From: Podarcis liolepis
Taxonomy: Eukaryota
Reading direction: 5' to 3' (one strand)
Length of the DNA stretch: 64,000 nt
Assembly (NCBI GenBank): GCA_965112155.1
Contig: OZ218105.1
The stretch's first letter is position 1. Every line of letters begins with the position of its first letter. A program made the translations under genes and the position numbers. Shown here one piece after another: positions 54,901 through 64,000 of this stretch. The notes below the pieces were generated by a model. It was given only the letters and a program-made list of their open reading frames with translations, was not told where the DNA came from and ran no database searches.

Positions 54901-56696
54901 GTCTTAGAAGTGCAAACTTTGAAGAATGGCTACGTTTCAGTTTGTGAATTCTTTTGGAAAGTGCAAACTGGGTAAGGTTCATCTTTAAATGTGAACTGAA
55001 TTTGATTTCTCCTCCATCCCTATGCGTGGGACAAGTTGGGTTTCTGCAAGAGATTAGGCACAAAATATTTCCTCCCTTCTGGGAATAGTTCCAACAATAT
55101 AGATTTCTCCATTGAAAAACCAACACCACTGCTCTTGAATAGGGTTTAAGTACTAATTAACTGACAAGGAAATCGGATCAGTTCTCGAAGCTACCAGCAT
55201 GAGTTTGACCAAACTGTGGGAGGCAGTGGAAGACTGGCGTGCTCTGGTCCATGGGGTCACGGAGAGTCGGACATGACTAAATGACTAAACAACAATAAAC
55301 TGACAAGGAACACTGATCAGTCAATAAACTAAACAATAATTAACATACTGCTTTTGTTTTCATATGAATTACCCAATTTTTTCAGGTCACCCTCCACTGT
55401 TGTGAGTTTCTCAGCATATCTTTTATGTGAATTTTCCATCCCTCCAGTAACATTGTCCATTTTTTCTACAACTGGAACAATAAAAACAGTATCTTAGCAA
55501 TAATTCAAAAGGACTACACCATTAAACAGAGTTGGCACAAACTAATTAGAGAGCTTGACTTCCCCCATTTCAATTCTAGAGTCATGGCACCACCATAGGA
55601 AGCCTTGTCCCTGTTGCCAAATCTCCTGAAATGGCACCAAGAACAAAACAAGTGTTTAAAAGTTTTTATCCACCTCAAACATTTGATATTGTGTGGGGTT
55701 AAAAAAAAACCCCACACTTAAATATTGTTGACAATTTCATTCTCTCAGTGGCCCAGCCAATTGCTCCCAGAAGTTTCACAATCACAAAATTCCTTAGGAC
55801 AAAATATCTCCAGGAATTACATTACAATATATTTGTTTGGGAATGAAGGCTCCATCCTCATGAAGGTTGACAAAGATGGATTTACCTGGATGGAGTTCCC
55901 AATGGAATATATGTTAACCTCTTCCATACAAAGAATTTTGTTCTCTCCCAAAGTTTACATTCCTTTTCCAAAGCACATTCCCACCACCCTTCTGAGTAAT
56001 ACCCCTCCCCACCTTCTCACTATATAGAAGGATCTGGCAACTTCTGTTTCAGTGTATCTGAAGAAGTGTGCATGCACACGAAAGCTCATACCAAGAACTA
56101 ACTTAGTTGGTCTTTAAGGTGCTACTGGAAGGAATTTTTTTATTTTGTTTGTGTGCAGCTCACCATCCATGTAAAATAACATGTGGCCTGGGACATATAC
56201 ATATAATCCTAATTTCTGTGATCCTTATCCGTAAAAAATAAAGGCCTGGGTAGGTTAAGGATTGCAGAAATTAAGTTCATGTGTGCACAGATGGTACACA
56301 TTCCCTAATAGCCTGCCATATGTACAGAATTTCTGGAAGTTGCAATTGCATAAACAGGCTCTTATTTACAAGTAAATATGTACAGATCGGGATGAATGTA
56401 TATTAATAAGTCTTTGAAAATGACAGTTCTAATACTGAAATATATATCAGAATAGCCTTTTCTGAAATCATATCATACTGAATCAGAAAATCCTTTTATT
56501 TATAAATATTTCCTTTCATCCCTTTTTCTTGGATTCCTACTCAAAAGGCAGCTGCTATAGATGTGATACATACCTTTGTATCCAAGAATGGCTACTGTTA
56601 TTGTTAACAAGGCACATAATATATACAACAGTATGATGGAAAACTTCAGTGCCCAGTTGCTTTTACACTTGGTGCATTGTGTTCCTTCTTGAATGC
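45976..56696 (-). CDS. COLEC12: Collectin-12 (CL-P1/SRCL scavenger receptor), 5'-partial: exons 3-10
   Basis: Exons: 56696-56574 ([32 protein letters not shown]), 55471-55373, 54561-53515 (1047-nt coiled-coil exon), 52028-51558 (49 Gly-X-Y triplets), 51214-51078, 49923-49814, 47045-46900 (C-type lectin with QPD and WND motifs), 45995-45976 (ends TAA followed by TAG). Exons 1-2 are not in the window, so 56697-64000 is intron 2. Confidence 0.97.
55172..55297 (+). mobile_element. BovB (RTE) LINE 3' end, 5'-truncated, with 13-bp TSD
   Basis: ...GTCCATGGGGTCACGGAGAGTCGGACATGACT..AACAACAA tail; TSD AACTGACAAGGAA at 55159-55171 and 55298-55310. Confidence 0.85.
56050..56140 (+). mobile_element. Penelope-like retroelement terminal (pLTR) fragment
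   Basis: ...CACGAAAGCTCATACC..AACTTAGTTGGTCT.TAAGGTGCTACTGGAAG, near-identical to the reverse complement of 43235-43303. Family assigned by recognition of reptile PLE ends. Confidence 0.6.
56054..56091 (+). ncRNA. Minimal type I hammerhead ribozyme motif in a Penelope-like element end
   Basis: GTAT-CTGAAGA-A-GTGTG-CATG-CACAC-GAAA-GCTC-ATAC: stem I GTAT/ATAC, core CUGANGA, 5-bp stem II, GAAA, palindromic AGCT stem III, CUC cleavage triplet. Confidence 0.7.
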
Positions 56697-58924
56697 CTGC
56701 AAAAGAAAATGAAGATTTAACTCTATGTCATTTTTCATGTTTAGGCCTTTTCACCTTGAATGCTTTTCAGGTGTTTTACATTTTTATTCTGTTAAGCTTT
56801 TAAATTTTCACATCTGTGTCCTGGACCATGACAGTAAGCATTCCCAGGATACTTTCAATAAGATCTGGTGCTCTCTGGAGGTTTCCGTTAGAAAAACAGC
56901 AGAACTGTGGAACCATTTTTGCTCCATGAAGGCACCAGCGCAGTGGCTCCCAAACCTTCTTGTCTAGGAACCACCTGAAGTTGCTGAGGGTCTTGGCAGA
57001 CGAAATAATGATTTTCCTGCCTGTTGTAACAATTATAATGCTCTATATTAGATGCTGTATGATATTTTAAAACTGTATTTTATTGATTCTTTTATTTCTT
57101 CTAGTTTTCTTACCAATTCAAAGAAATAAAAGACAACTAAAAATAAAAATGAATATTTAATCTGATAGGTGTGCCACCTCCTATCTTCAACTCCTCTTCA
57201 GCTACAGAAATGCTGTGGAACGCTTGAACAAAACTAATGGACTACCAGTTGTGCACAGACCACAGTTTAAGAACCCTCGCACTAGTGGAAGGCTAGTGGA
57301 GAGCCAGTGGGGTTCAGGCATAATGCTACACTTTCTTTAGACTGAGCCAAGCTTTCTTACTGGACTTGTGCACTCGCCTTTTCCCTGTGGAAAGGATGGG
57401 TTTGGAAACTTTCACTTTGCTTTTTGTTTTTATGAACCACAGCTTGTCATGTCATCCAAATCCAAACAAACCGTGGTTAATTTTAACTATGATTACTAGA
57501 AACGAGGCAACTTCAAATTGAACTTTATGAAGCTAGCTTGTTTTCACTAACCATAGTTAAAGTTAGCTACACTATAGGACTCTGGTGGCAAATCTAAACT
57601 GCATTTAATCTAAAACGTAACTTGGAACCTTCTGATCTCTTCCTTGCAGCAGGAAGCATTGGATAAATCTGGAGGTGGCAAGGGAAGGCTAGGCTCATTC
57701 TTGCAATGCTAAACCTTAGCTTTAAATGTTATCTGAACACAGCTAACAAAACTGCAGCATTTCAAAAAGCAGATCTATTCATTTTTATCATATGTGCATA
57801 CACAAGGGTGCTTTTCTTTTAACTAATATTAAAAGAAACTTTTCTGCATGAAAAACAAAGTGTGCAAGAATCATCTTATTCTTAAGAGCTTTTTGACATC
57901 TTGTCAGACTAGTATTGTATACATTGTTTTGTTTAGAGGTCATACATTAAGTCATGCAGAACTGAGCTTAGTCTGCATCAGATTTTCATTTGTTATTACC
58001 ATCCCATGGTTTGCACACTCTGTTATGCAATCTGAGCACATGGCTTTAATGTTGAGCAGCTCCCAGACTTTTGTCACTGGTTGAGCATACCAGAGAGTCG
58101 GGGTCACTTCCGGATGTTGCACATTTCTCATTGCTGACTTAAACAACGTTTAATAAATATCAGATGGGAGACAATGGGCCTCCTTTCACTTGACACACTT
58201 TCCTGACTTATTAGAATAAGAGCTCTGTTTTTTCGTCACTGTTGGGAAGACATCTGGCTAAACAGACTGAAATTCAGTACAAAGGGATCCAGCTGGTACA
58301 CATGTTTTGGGGACCCCCTTTCTCCGGGAGCCAAGATGGTCACACAAAAACAAGCTAGAAAGACATCCTCCTGTTACTAGCCTTTGTAGTATTTGTTTTT
58401 CTAGTATTACATTCCAGTGACCGGGGACTTTGTTCTCATGTGGGGGGTCTCCATCTGCAGATTCTTTTGGAGCTGCAGATAAACAGTTTTTCTACTCAAG
58501 AATGAAAACACACACACACCATGTTTTGCCTCTTTTCAGGAAGGAGAGGGATGCTTTTCAAGGAGGCAGACTCCTTAATATATTTAATTTCATCTCATGT
58601 GTCATTCTTTTGAATGTTAGCCTCTCTCATTGAGTTATTTCTATGGGCCTTGCTTTACTATCTTAGGTGAAAACATAATATCCTATCTTTAACATAAAGC
58701 AAAGCAACAAAGCTCTAAAGAGTCTGTTGAAATGAATATCTGGATTATTTATCAAGACAAGCCCCAAATGTAAACTCTGGTTCTGATCTTCAGATTATCA
58801 TTTTGCAGGCTGTGTGGGGAAAGAGTTTGAGGGAGTTATGACGGTCTTCATCTGCTTAAAATAGATTTTATTGGCTGTGGAAAGCCCTATTAGGGCCAAA
58901 AGTGGTGGGGGGTGTTAACTGATA

Positions 58925-59150
58925 CAGTGGTACCTCGGGTTAAGTACTTAATTTGTTCTGGAGGTCCGTTCTGAACCTGAAACTGTTCTTAACCTGAAGC
59001 ACCACTTTAGCTAATGGGGCCTCCTGCTGCCGCCGTGCCGCCGGAGCACGATTTCTGTTCTCATCCTGAAGCAAAGTTCTTAACCTGAAGCACTATTTCT
59101 GGGTTAGCGGAGTCTGTAACCTGAAGCGTATGTAACCCGAGGTACCACTG
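58925..59150. mobile_element. Tc1/mariner MITE, opposite orientation to 12908-13140
   Basis: TA-CAGTGGTACCTCGGGTTA ... TAACCCGAGGTACCACTG-TA. Confidence 0.88.
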
Positions 59151-59494
59151 TATTTTATTGAAAGATTTTCATTTATAAAGGAATAAAATAAATAAATAAA
59201 TGAATAAATAAAAGAAAAGATAAAAGCTAAAATAAAAATATGTGCAAAGGGGCAGGAAAACTGTTGCCAGTGGGAATCTCATGAAATATGGTAACATTTG
59301 GTCCTTCAGACAAGCATAAATGCATCCATGCCTCTGAATTTCAATAGGATTTTTATTTGTCTTTTCCATCAGTGCCTCTGAAAATCATTGGCCCAGTTTC
59401 TTAAAGCTCTGTACACATGAAAGGGCAGGAAAGATCTCATTTGCAAAACCACTGATTCAACTGCTGCATCCCTTCATTAATCCTTTCTTCCATA

Positions 59495-59743
59495 ATAGGT
59501 AAAGGTAAAGGGACCCCTGACCATTAGGTCCAGTTGCGGACGACTTTGGGGTTGCGGCGCTCATCTCGCTTTATTGGCCGAGGGAGCTGGTGTACGCAAC
59601 TTTGGCGTGCTTTCGAACTTCTAGATTGGCAGGAGCAGGGAATGAGCAACGGGAGCTCACCCCGTCGTGGGGATTTGAACCGCCAACCTTCTGATCGGCA
59701 AGCTCTAGGCTCAGTGGTTTAACCCACAGCGCCATCCGCATCC
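59495..59743 (-). mobile_element. Sauria SINE, internally deleted, with 13-bp TSD
   Basis: (ACCTTT)n-type tail appears as AGGTAAAGGTAAAGG on +; tRNA-like head at the right end. TSD CCTTTCTTCCATA at 59482-59494 and 59744-59756. Confidence 0.85.
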
Positions 59744-61176
59744 CCTTTCTTCCATATCTGACATAATAAAGTGTCCCAAAAGGATGCCATTATTTTCTCT
59801 GGAAGAGTTTCATAAAAGGAAATATTTCTGGTTGTATGTACTGTACACAAACCTTTTCACTGCATGGAACAAACCCCATTATCCAGTTTGAGCATAATCT
59901 CTCACTTATTTTTTTTTATAACCCAGTCATTTTGCTTATGACTTTGCTCTTGCTCATTGTAGGCCAGAGATACAGAATGAATAGATAAAAAGCCTAATTA
60001 CACACTTCAGCAGCCTTAGCCATTAATTATAGGGACCCACCAAACAATACCCTACTGTGATTAAATACAACATATCTTAATTGAAAGGACAGAAGAAAAA
60101 GACTCAACCACAACATGGGGGAATTTTTAAAAAGACACACACACAAAGTGTCTGGATTCTATGTTAACCAAACATTATGAACTTCAAGACTGCTATAGTT
60201 CATTTTGAGGAAAAGCACAGATTTGTTACAGCAGGATGTCAAACCACAAAAATGTGCCAAGACAATTAAACTCCTAGGGCTGACAGCCTTTAAACTGCCA
60301 GTTTAAATGGCGAGGATTGCAAAAACGCAATCTTACCAAAGGCTTTTAAACTCCAAAGTGGATTTTTAAGCACAGATATGGATATGGGGCAGAGCAATCC
60401 TGAATGGGGTCAGGCCAGACAAGCCCATCAGAAGGACAACTCCACCAACAAGGCTGGTCAGGAGGTTAGGACTGCACTGTTAATGCAGCATTTAAAACAG
60501 GGGAAGTCATTTTAATTTGAGTAATATTCTCCAGACATGGCTGTGAATGTGGAATGGTAAAAATATACACTGTCAATCACCAGTTGCCATCGCCATCATA
60601 AAGAATTTGTGTGCTGCAACTTCTGAACAAGAATTCCATGAGCACGATTCAGCCAAAGCTAAACACTTTTAAGGTCCAGTGGGAGAATTACTCACATGAT
60701 TAGCCGTCTCCCACTAAAATCATGTGACTTAAAATGGGCTTAACATTGTTTGGATGTCAACCAGAGCATTTGTTATGAAAACAGCAAGCAATATGAAGGC
60801 AATGCCAGTCCTCCAGAGAGGCATGTACATATATTATTCACATGTGAAACATTCCTCAATCCCCATGCCCCCTGGTTGGACTATATAGCTCAGTAACCCC
60901 AGAATATCCCACTTTTCCTTTGGATGTTTCTATTTTCATCAGACAACTGTTGGAGGGTATGGAGTTATGTGACCCCTGAGCCAAGGAGATAAATAACTAG
61001 ATAACCTTTAGAAGACATCTGAAGGCAGCCTTGTATAGGGAATTTTTTAAAGTTTAATGTTTTATTATGTTTTTATATATGTTGGAAGCTGCCCAGTGTG
61101 GCTGGGGTAACCCAATCAGGTGGGTGGGGTATAAATAATAATAGAATTATTGTTATTATGGAATAGGATGTCCCTA

Positions 61177-61417
61177 CAGTGGTACCTCTAATTACGAACT
61201 TGATTCGTTCTGGAGGTCCATTCTTAACCTGAAACTGTTCTTAACTAGAGGCGTGCTTTCACTAATGGGGCCTCTTGCTGCCACTGTGCCACCGGCACGG
61301 GATTTCCGTTCTCATCCTGGGGCAAAGTTCTCAACTCGAGGTAACTCTTCCAGGTTAGCTGCGTTTGTAACCTGAAGCGTTTGTAACCTGAGGAGTTTGT
61401 AACTCGAGGTACCACTG
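61177..61417. mobile_element. Tc1/mariner MITE nested in an older repeat
   Basis: TA-CAGTGGTACCTC ... GAGGTACCACTG-TA. Confidence 0.85.
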
Positions 61418-62189
61418 TATTTTCATCAGAGAAATGTTGGAAGGTAAGCATAAAAAAGTTGGAACACTATAATAAAGGGAAAAAATTATATGGAGGGATA
61501 TTGCCTCCATATTTTTCATTCCAAATTGGATAGACAGGGCCATCTCTTAATAAATGTCTTGCTGATTGTTGCTTTGGTGCATTAGTTTGTCATCCAGGAA
61601 GCATTCTAAAACAATTTTTTTTACTTGGCAGCCACAGAACTACTCCAGGCAGCTTAATATACTCCTTGACTGCCCTTTTTATAATGACCTTAGAAACAAT
61701 TCCATCCATTGTAAGGTCGCACAGGGTTGGACTAGATGACCCTTGGTAAAAGTCTATGATTCCTTGATGTTTCATGTGTCTCTATTCTTTAACAAACTGC
61801 CTTGTCATTTGTTTTTTGACAGATCAGCTGGTAAAACTGTCAACATAATTGCCTTTTATAATCTATAAATTCCTCACAGCTTCTAGCTTTAAGTATCTCA
61901 CTTTCTAGCCCTGGAGGAAAATGTGCACTAAACATTTAGCTAAAATTCACCCTGGCTTCAAAACAATTAAACCTGTCTGCTGCTGATCTGAAAAATAAAT
62001 ACTTGAAGTTTTCTGCTGCATTTCTATTTAATATAATAATCTACCTATTTCTAGAGGGGGTAGTCATGTTGGTCTGTTGCGGCAAAAATAACAACTGTAG
62101 GTATTAGGCAATATCATGCTCATTATCTAGCAGATTACTCCAGAGATTGCCAGGAGTCGACAACAGTGTTCTTTCCTGTTTTTGCTTTT

Positions 62190-62400
62190 GGTGTGGTGAA
62201 TAAAAATGTACCATGTTTCCTCAAAATCATCTTTGCTTGCGGTATTTGTAAAACTTAGTTTTTCAACGAGCGCTATCTTCCAGATTTTATTGTACCATGC
62301 TCCAGTGTCAAATTAGCAGCTGTCTTCCAGTTCTGAGCTAAACCTTTTCTGGTGGCCATCGTAAAAAAGATTAATAATTATTTTACCACTACATATCTTA
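62190..62400 (-). mobile_element. Possible L1-clade ORF2 C-terminal remnant
   Basis: Minus-strand peptides LAQNWKTAANLTLE and WYNKIWKIALVEKLSF (frameshifted relative to each other) resemble reptile/fish L1 ORF2 ends. Confidence 0.4.
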
Positions 62401-62629
62401 CATCTTCAGTAAACAAGTTTGATAATGCTAATCTGAGGTCATAGGGAACCGTTTTACCTGTAATAAGATGTACTTCATCTATTACAAAACTCCAAAGATA
62501 TTGAAAATTCTTGCAGCTCCACCACATGTGATAATAAGATCCCAGCTGTTGGAAACCTCTCTAGCATAGTGGGTTTGATTGTAGTTTGTCATATAGCATC
62601 TGAGAGGTGTGTAATGCCATCTATGTATA

Positions 62630-62983
62630 CAGTGGTGCCTCGCAAGACGAAATTAATTCATTCTGCGAGTTTTTTTGTCTAGCGAATTTTTCGTCTTGCG
62701 AAGCACGGTGTCGGAAAAGTTTTGGAAAAGCTTCAAAAATCACCAAAAACCTCAAAAAAGGCTACCACACCGCGTTCTATGAGTTGCTCCTCGAAGTCAA
62801 GTCGTGACTGTATTAACGGTGTTAAGAAAAAGGAAACAAACTTGCAAAAACTGCAAGACGTTTTCGTCTTGCGAAGCAAGCCCATAGGGAAATTCGTCTT
62901 GCGAAGCAGCTCAAAAACCGCAAAACCCTTTTGTCTAGCGAGTTTTTCATCTTGCGAGGCATTCGTCTTGCGGGGCACCACTG
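62630..62983. mobile_element. Tc1/mariner-type MITE, distinct subfamily
   Basis: 22-bp TIR CAGTGGTGCCTCGCAAGACGAA (1 mismatch), TA TSD, internal TCGTCTTGCGA repeats. Confidence 0.85.
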
Positions 62984-62994
62984 TAATCACACTA

Positions 62995-63098
62995 CCATAT
63001 CTACTTGCATGTAATGTGCACCTTTTTTGACCAAATTGCATTGCGAAAATTAGGGTGTGCATTAGATTTGATGGCGCATTAGATTCGTGTAAATATGG
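62995..63098. mobile_element. Old pogo/Tigger-like MITE remnant
   Basis: Imperfect TIRs CCATATCTACTTGCATGTAATG / CATTAGATTCGTGTAAATATGG flanked by TA. Confidence 0.55.
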
Positions 63099-63233
63099 TA
63101 TTTTCCTTTATCTTTTCTGATACAGACTTAAATGGCCATTTCCCCCAAAATTTATCTGGATTTGAGCTTCACACTGGTTTTCTATTGAAATTCACCTCCC
63201 ATGTGGTTGCTATTTGCCCCTGAAGGTGCTGCT

Positions 63234-63235
<2 letters not shown>

Positions 63236-63270
<35 letters not shown>
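63236..63270. repeat. (GA)n microsatellite
   Basis: Uninterrupted GA dinucleotide run. Confidence 0.95.
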
Positions 63271-63277
<7 letters not shown>

Positions 63278-64000
63278 ACAACCCAGAAGGAAGCCATTTT
63301 AAGTAGAAAACTAATGTAGGTCCCCAATCTGGATGGGGTGTGTATTGGGCCTTACTGATTTATTTTCTACTGCAGAAAAAGACTTAGATCTCACTCTGCC
63401 CTTTAGGAGTTCTTGCAACCTGTTTGAAATGGCTTTGCCCCAACAAACACACAATTGTTCTGCATTCAAAATACGCTGAAAGAAAATGACATACCATTTG
63501 TAGCCGGCCATATTATTCTCTTGCTTGGCAATGTGTTTTCAAAATAAATGTAAAATTAAATTTTAATTCCCTTTTTTGTTTTCTTTCAAGGTGAGATGGA
63601 ATTACTGGTGTATTTCCTGGTTCTTTATGAATATATTTTAAATGTTTAGGTCTAATTTCTATTTTGGTTCTTGGTTCAGTAGCTTTCCCACCTTAAATGT
63701 TTCCTAAAATCTGATGTCTCACTCAATTACTTCGAAAATCTGATGTCTTGATTCAATTACATGCCCCTCTTCTCAGTCCACTAATGGGGGTTGGGGAGCC
63801 CAGCCAGATTAATCTTTCCCCAAATCTACAACTCAGCTTCGGTTATCAGAGAATTGATCCCCCACTGCTTCTTTACTAAACTCCATTTTGCGTGTACTGA
63901 AGCATTGTACAAGGTCTCTTGTCCCCATGGTAGTAACCCTCAGACTTCTTTGCATTTTTTCTGCAGCATGTGGTTTGGCTTGCTCACATGAGCTACGTCA

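Noticed and set aside
59660-59743. tRNA-like A/B box sequence
   Set aside because: It is the head of the Sauria SINE and forms no full cloverleaf.
62630-62983. Spaced TCGTCTTGCGA repeats resembling a CRISPR array, with 102-109 aa ORFs
   Set aside because: Eukaryotic context, irregular spacing, and enclosure by TIRs and a TA TSD show they are MITE subterminal repeats.

Overview
Vertebrate genomic DNA, most likely from a squamate reptile. A Sauria SINE, a BovB 3' end and squamate-type MITEs point to a lacertid-like lizard (inference). The window holds the conserved USP14-THOC1-COLEC12 block. USP14 is complete on + (16 coding exons, 495 aa by my exon sum). THOC1 is complete on - (21 coding exons, 658 aa), convergent with USP14. 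COLEC12 exons 3-10 lie on -; exons 1-2 are beyond the right edge. I read all exon boundaries by hand and they give continuous reading frames. The rest is intronic or intergenic DNA with Tc1/mariner- and hAT-type MITEs, L2/CR1/L1/BovB fragments, a probable solo LTR, microsatellites and one assembly gap. The most interesting observations are: (1) a minimal type I hammerhead ribozyme core in a Penelope-like element end, antisense within COLEC12 intron 3, with a truncated sister copy; (2) a U12-type GT-AG intron in USP14; (3) a consensus ARE in the USP14 promoter; (4) an in-frame upstream ATG in strong Kozak context and a competing out-of-frame acceptor in THOC1. I see no clear evidence for a wholly new protein-coding system. 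Most ORFs in the supplied track are chance or antisense ORFs.
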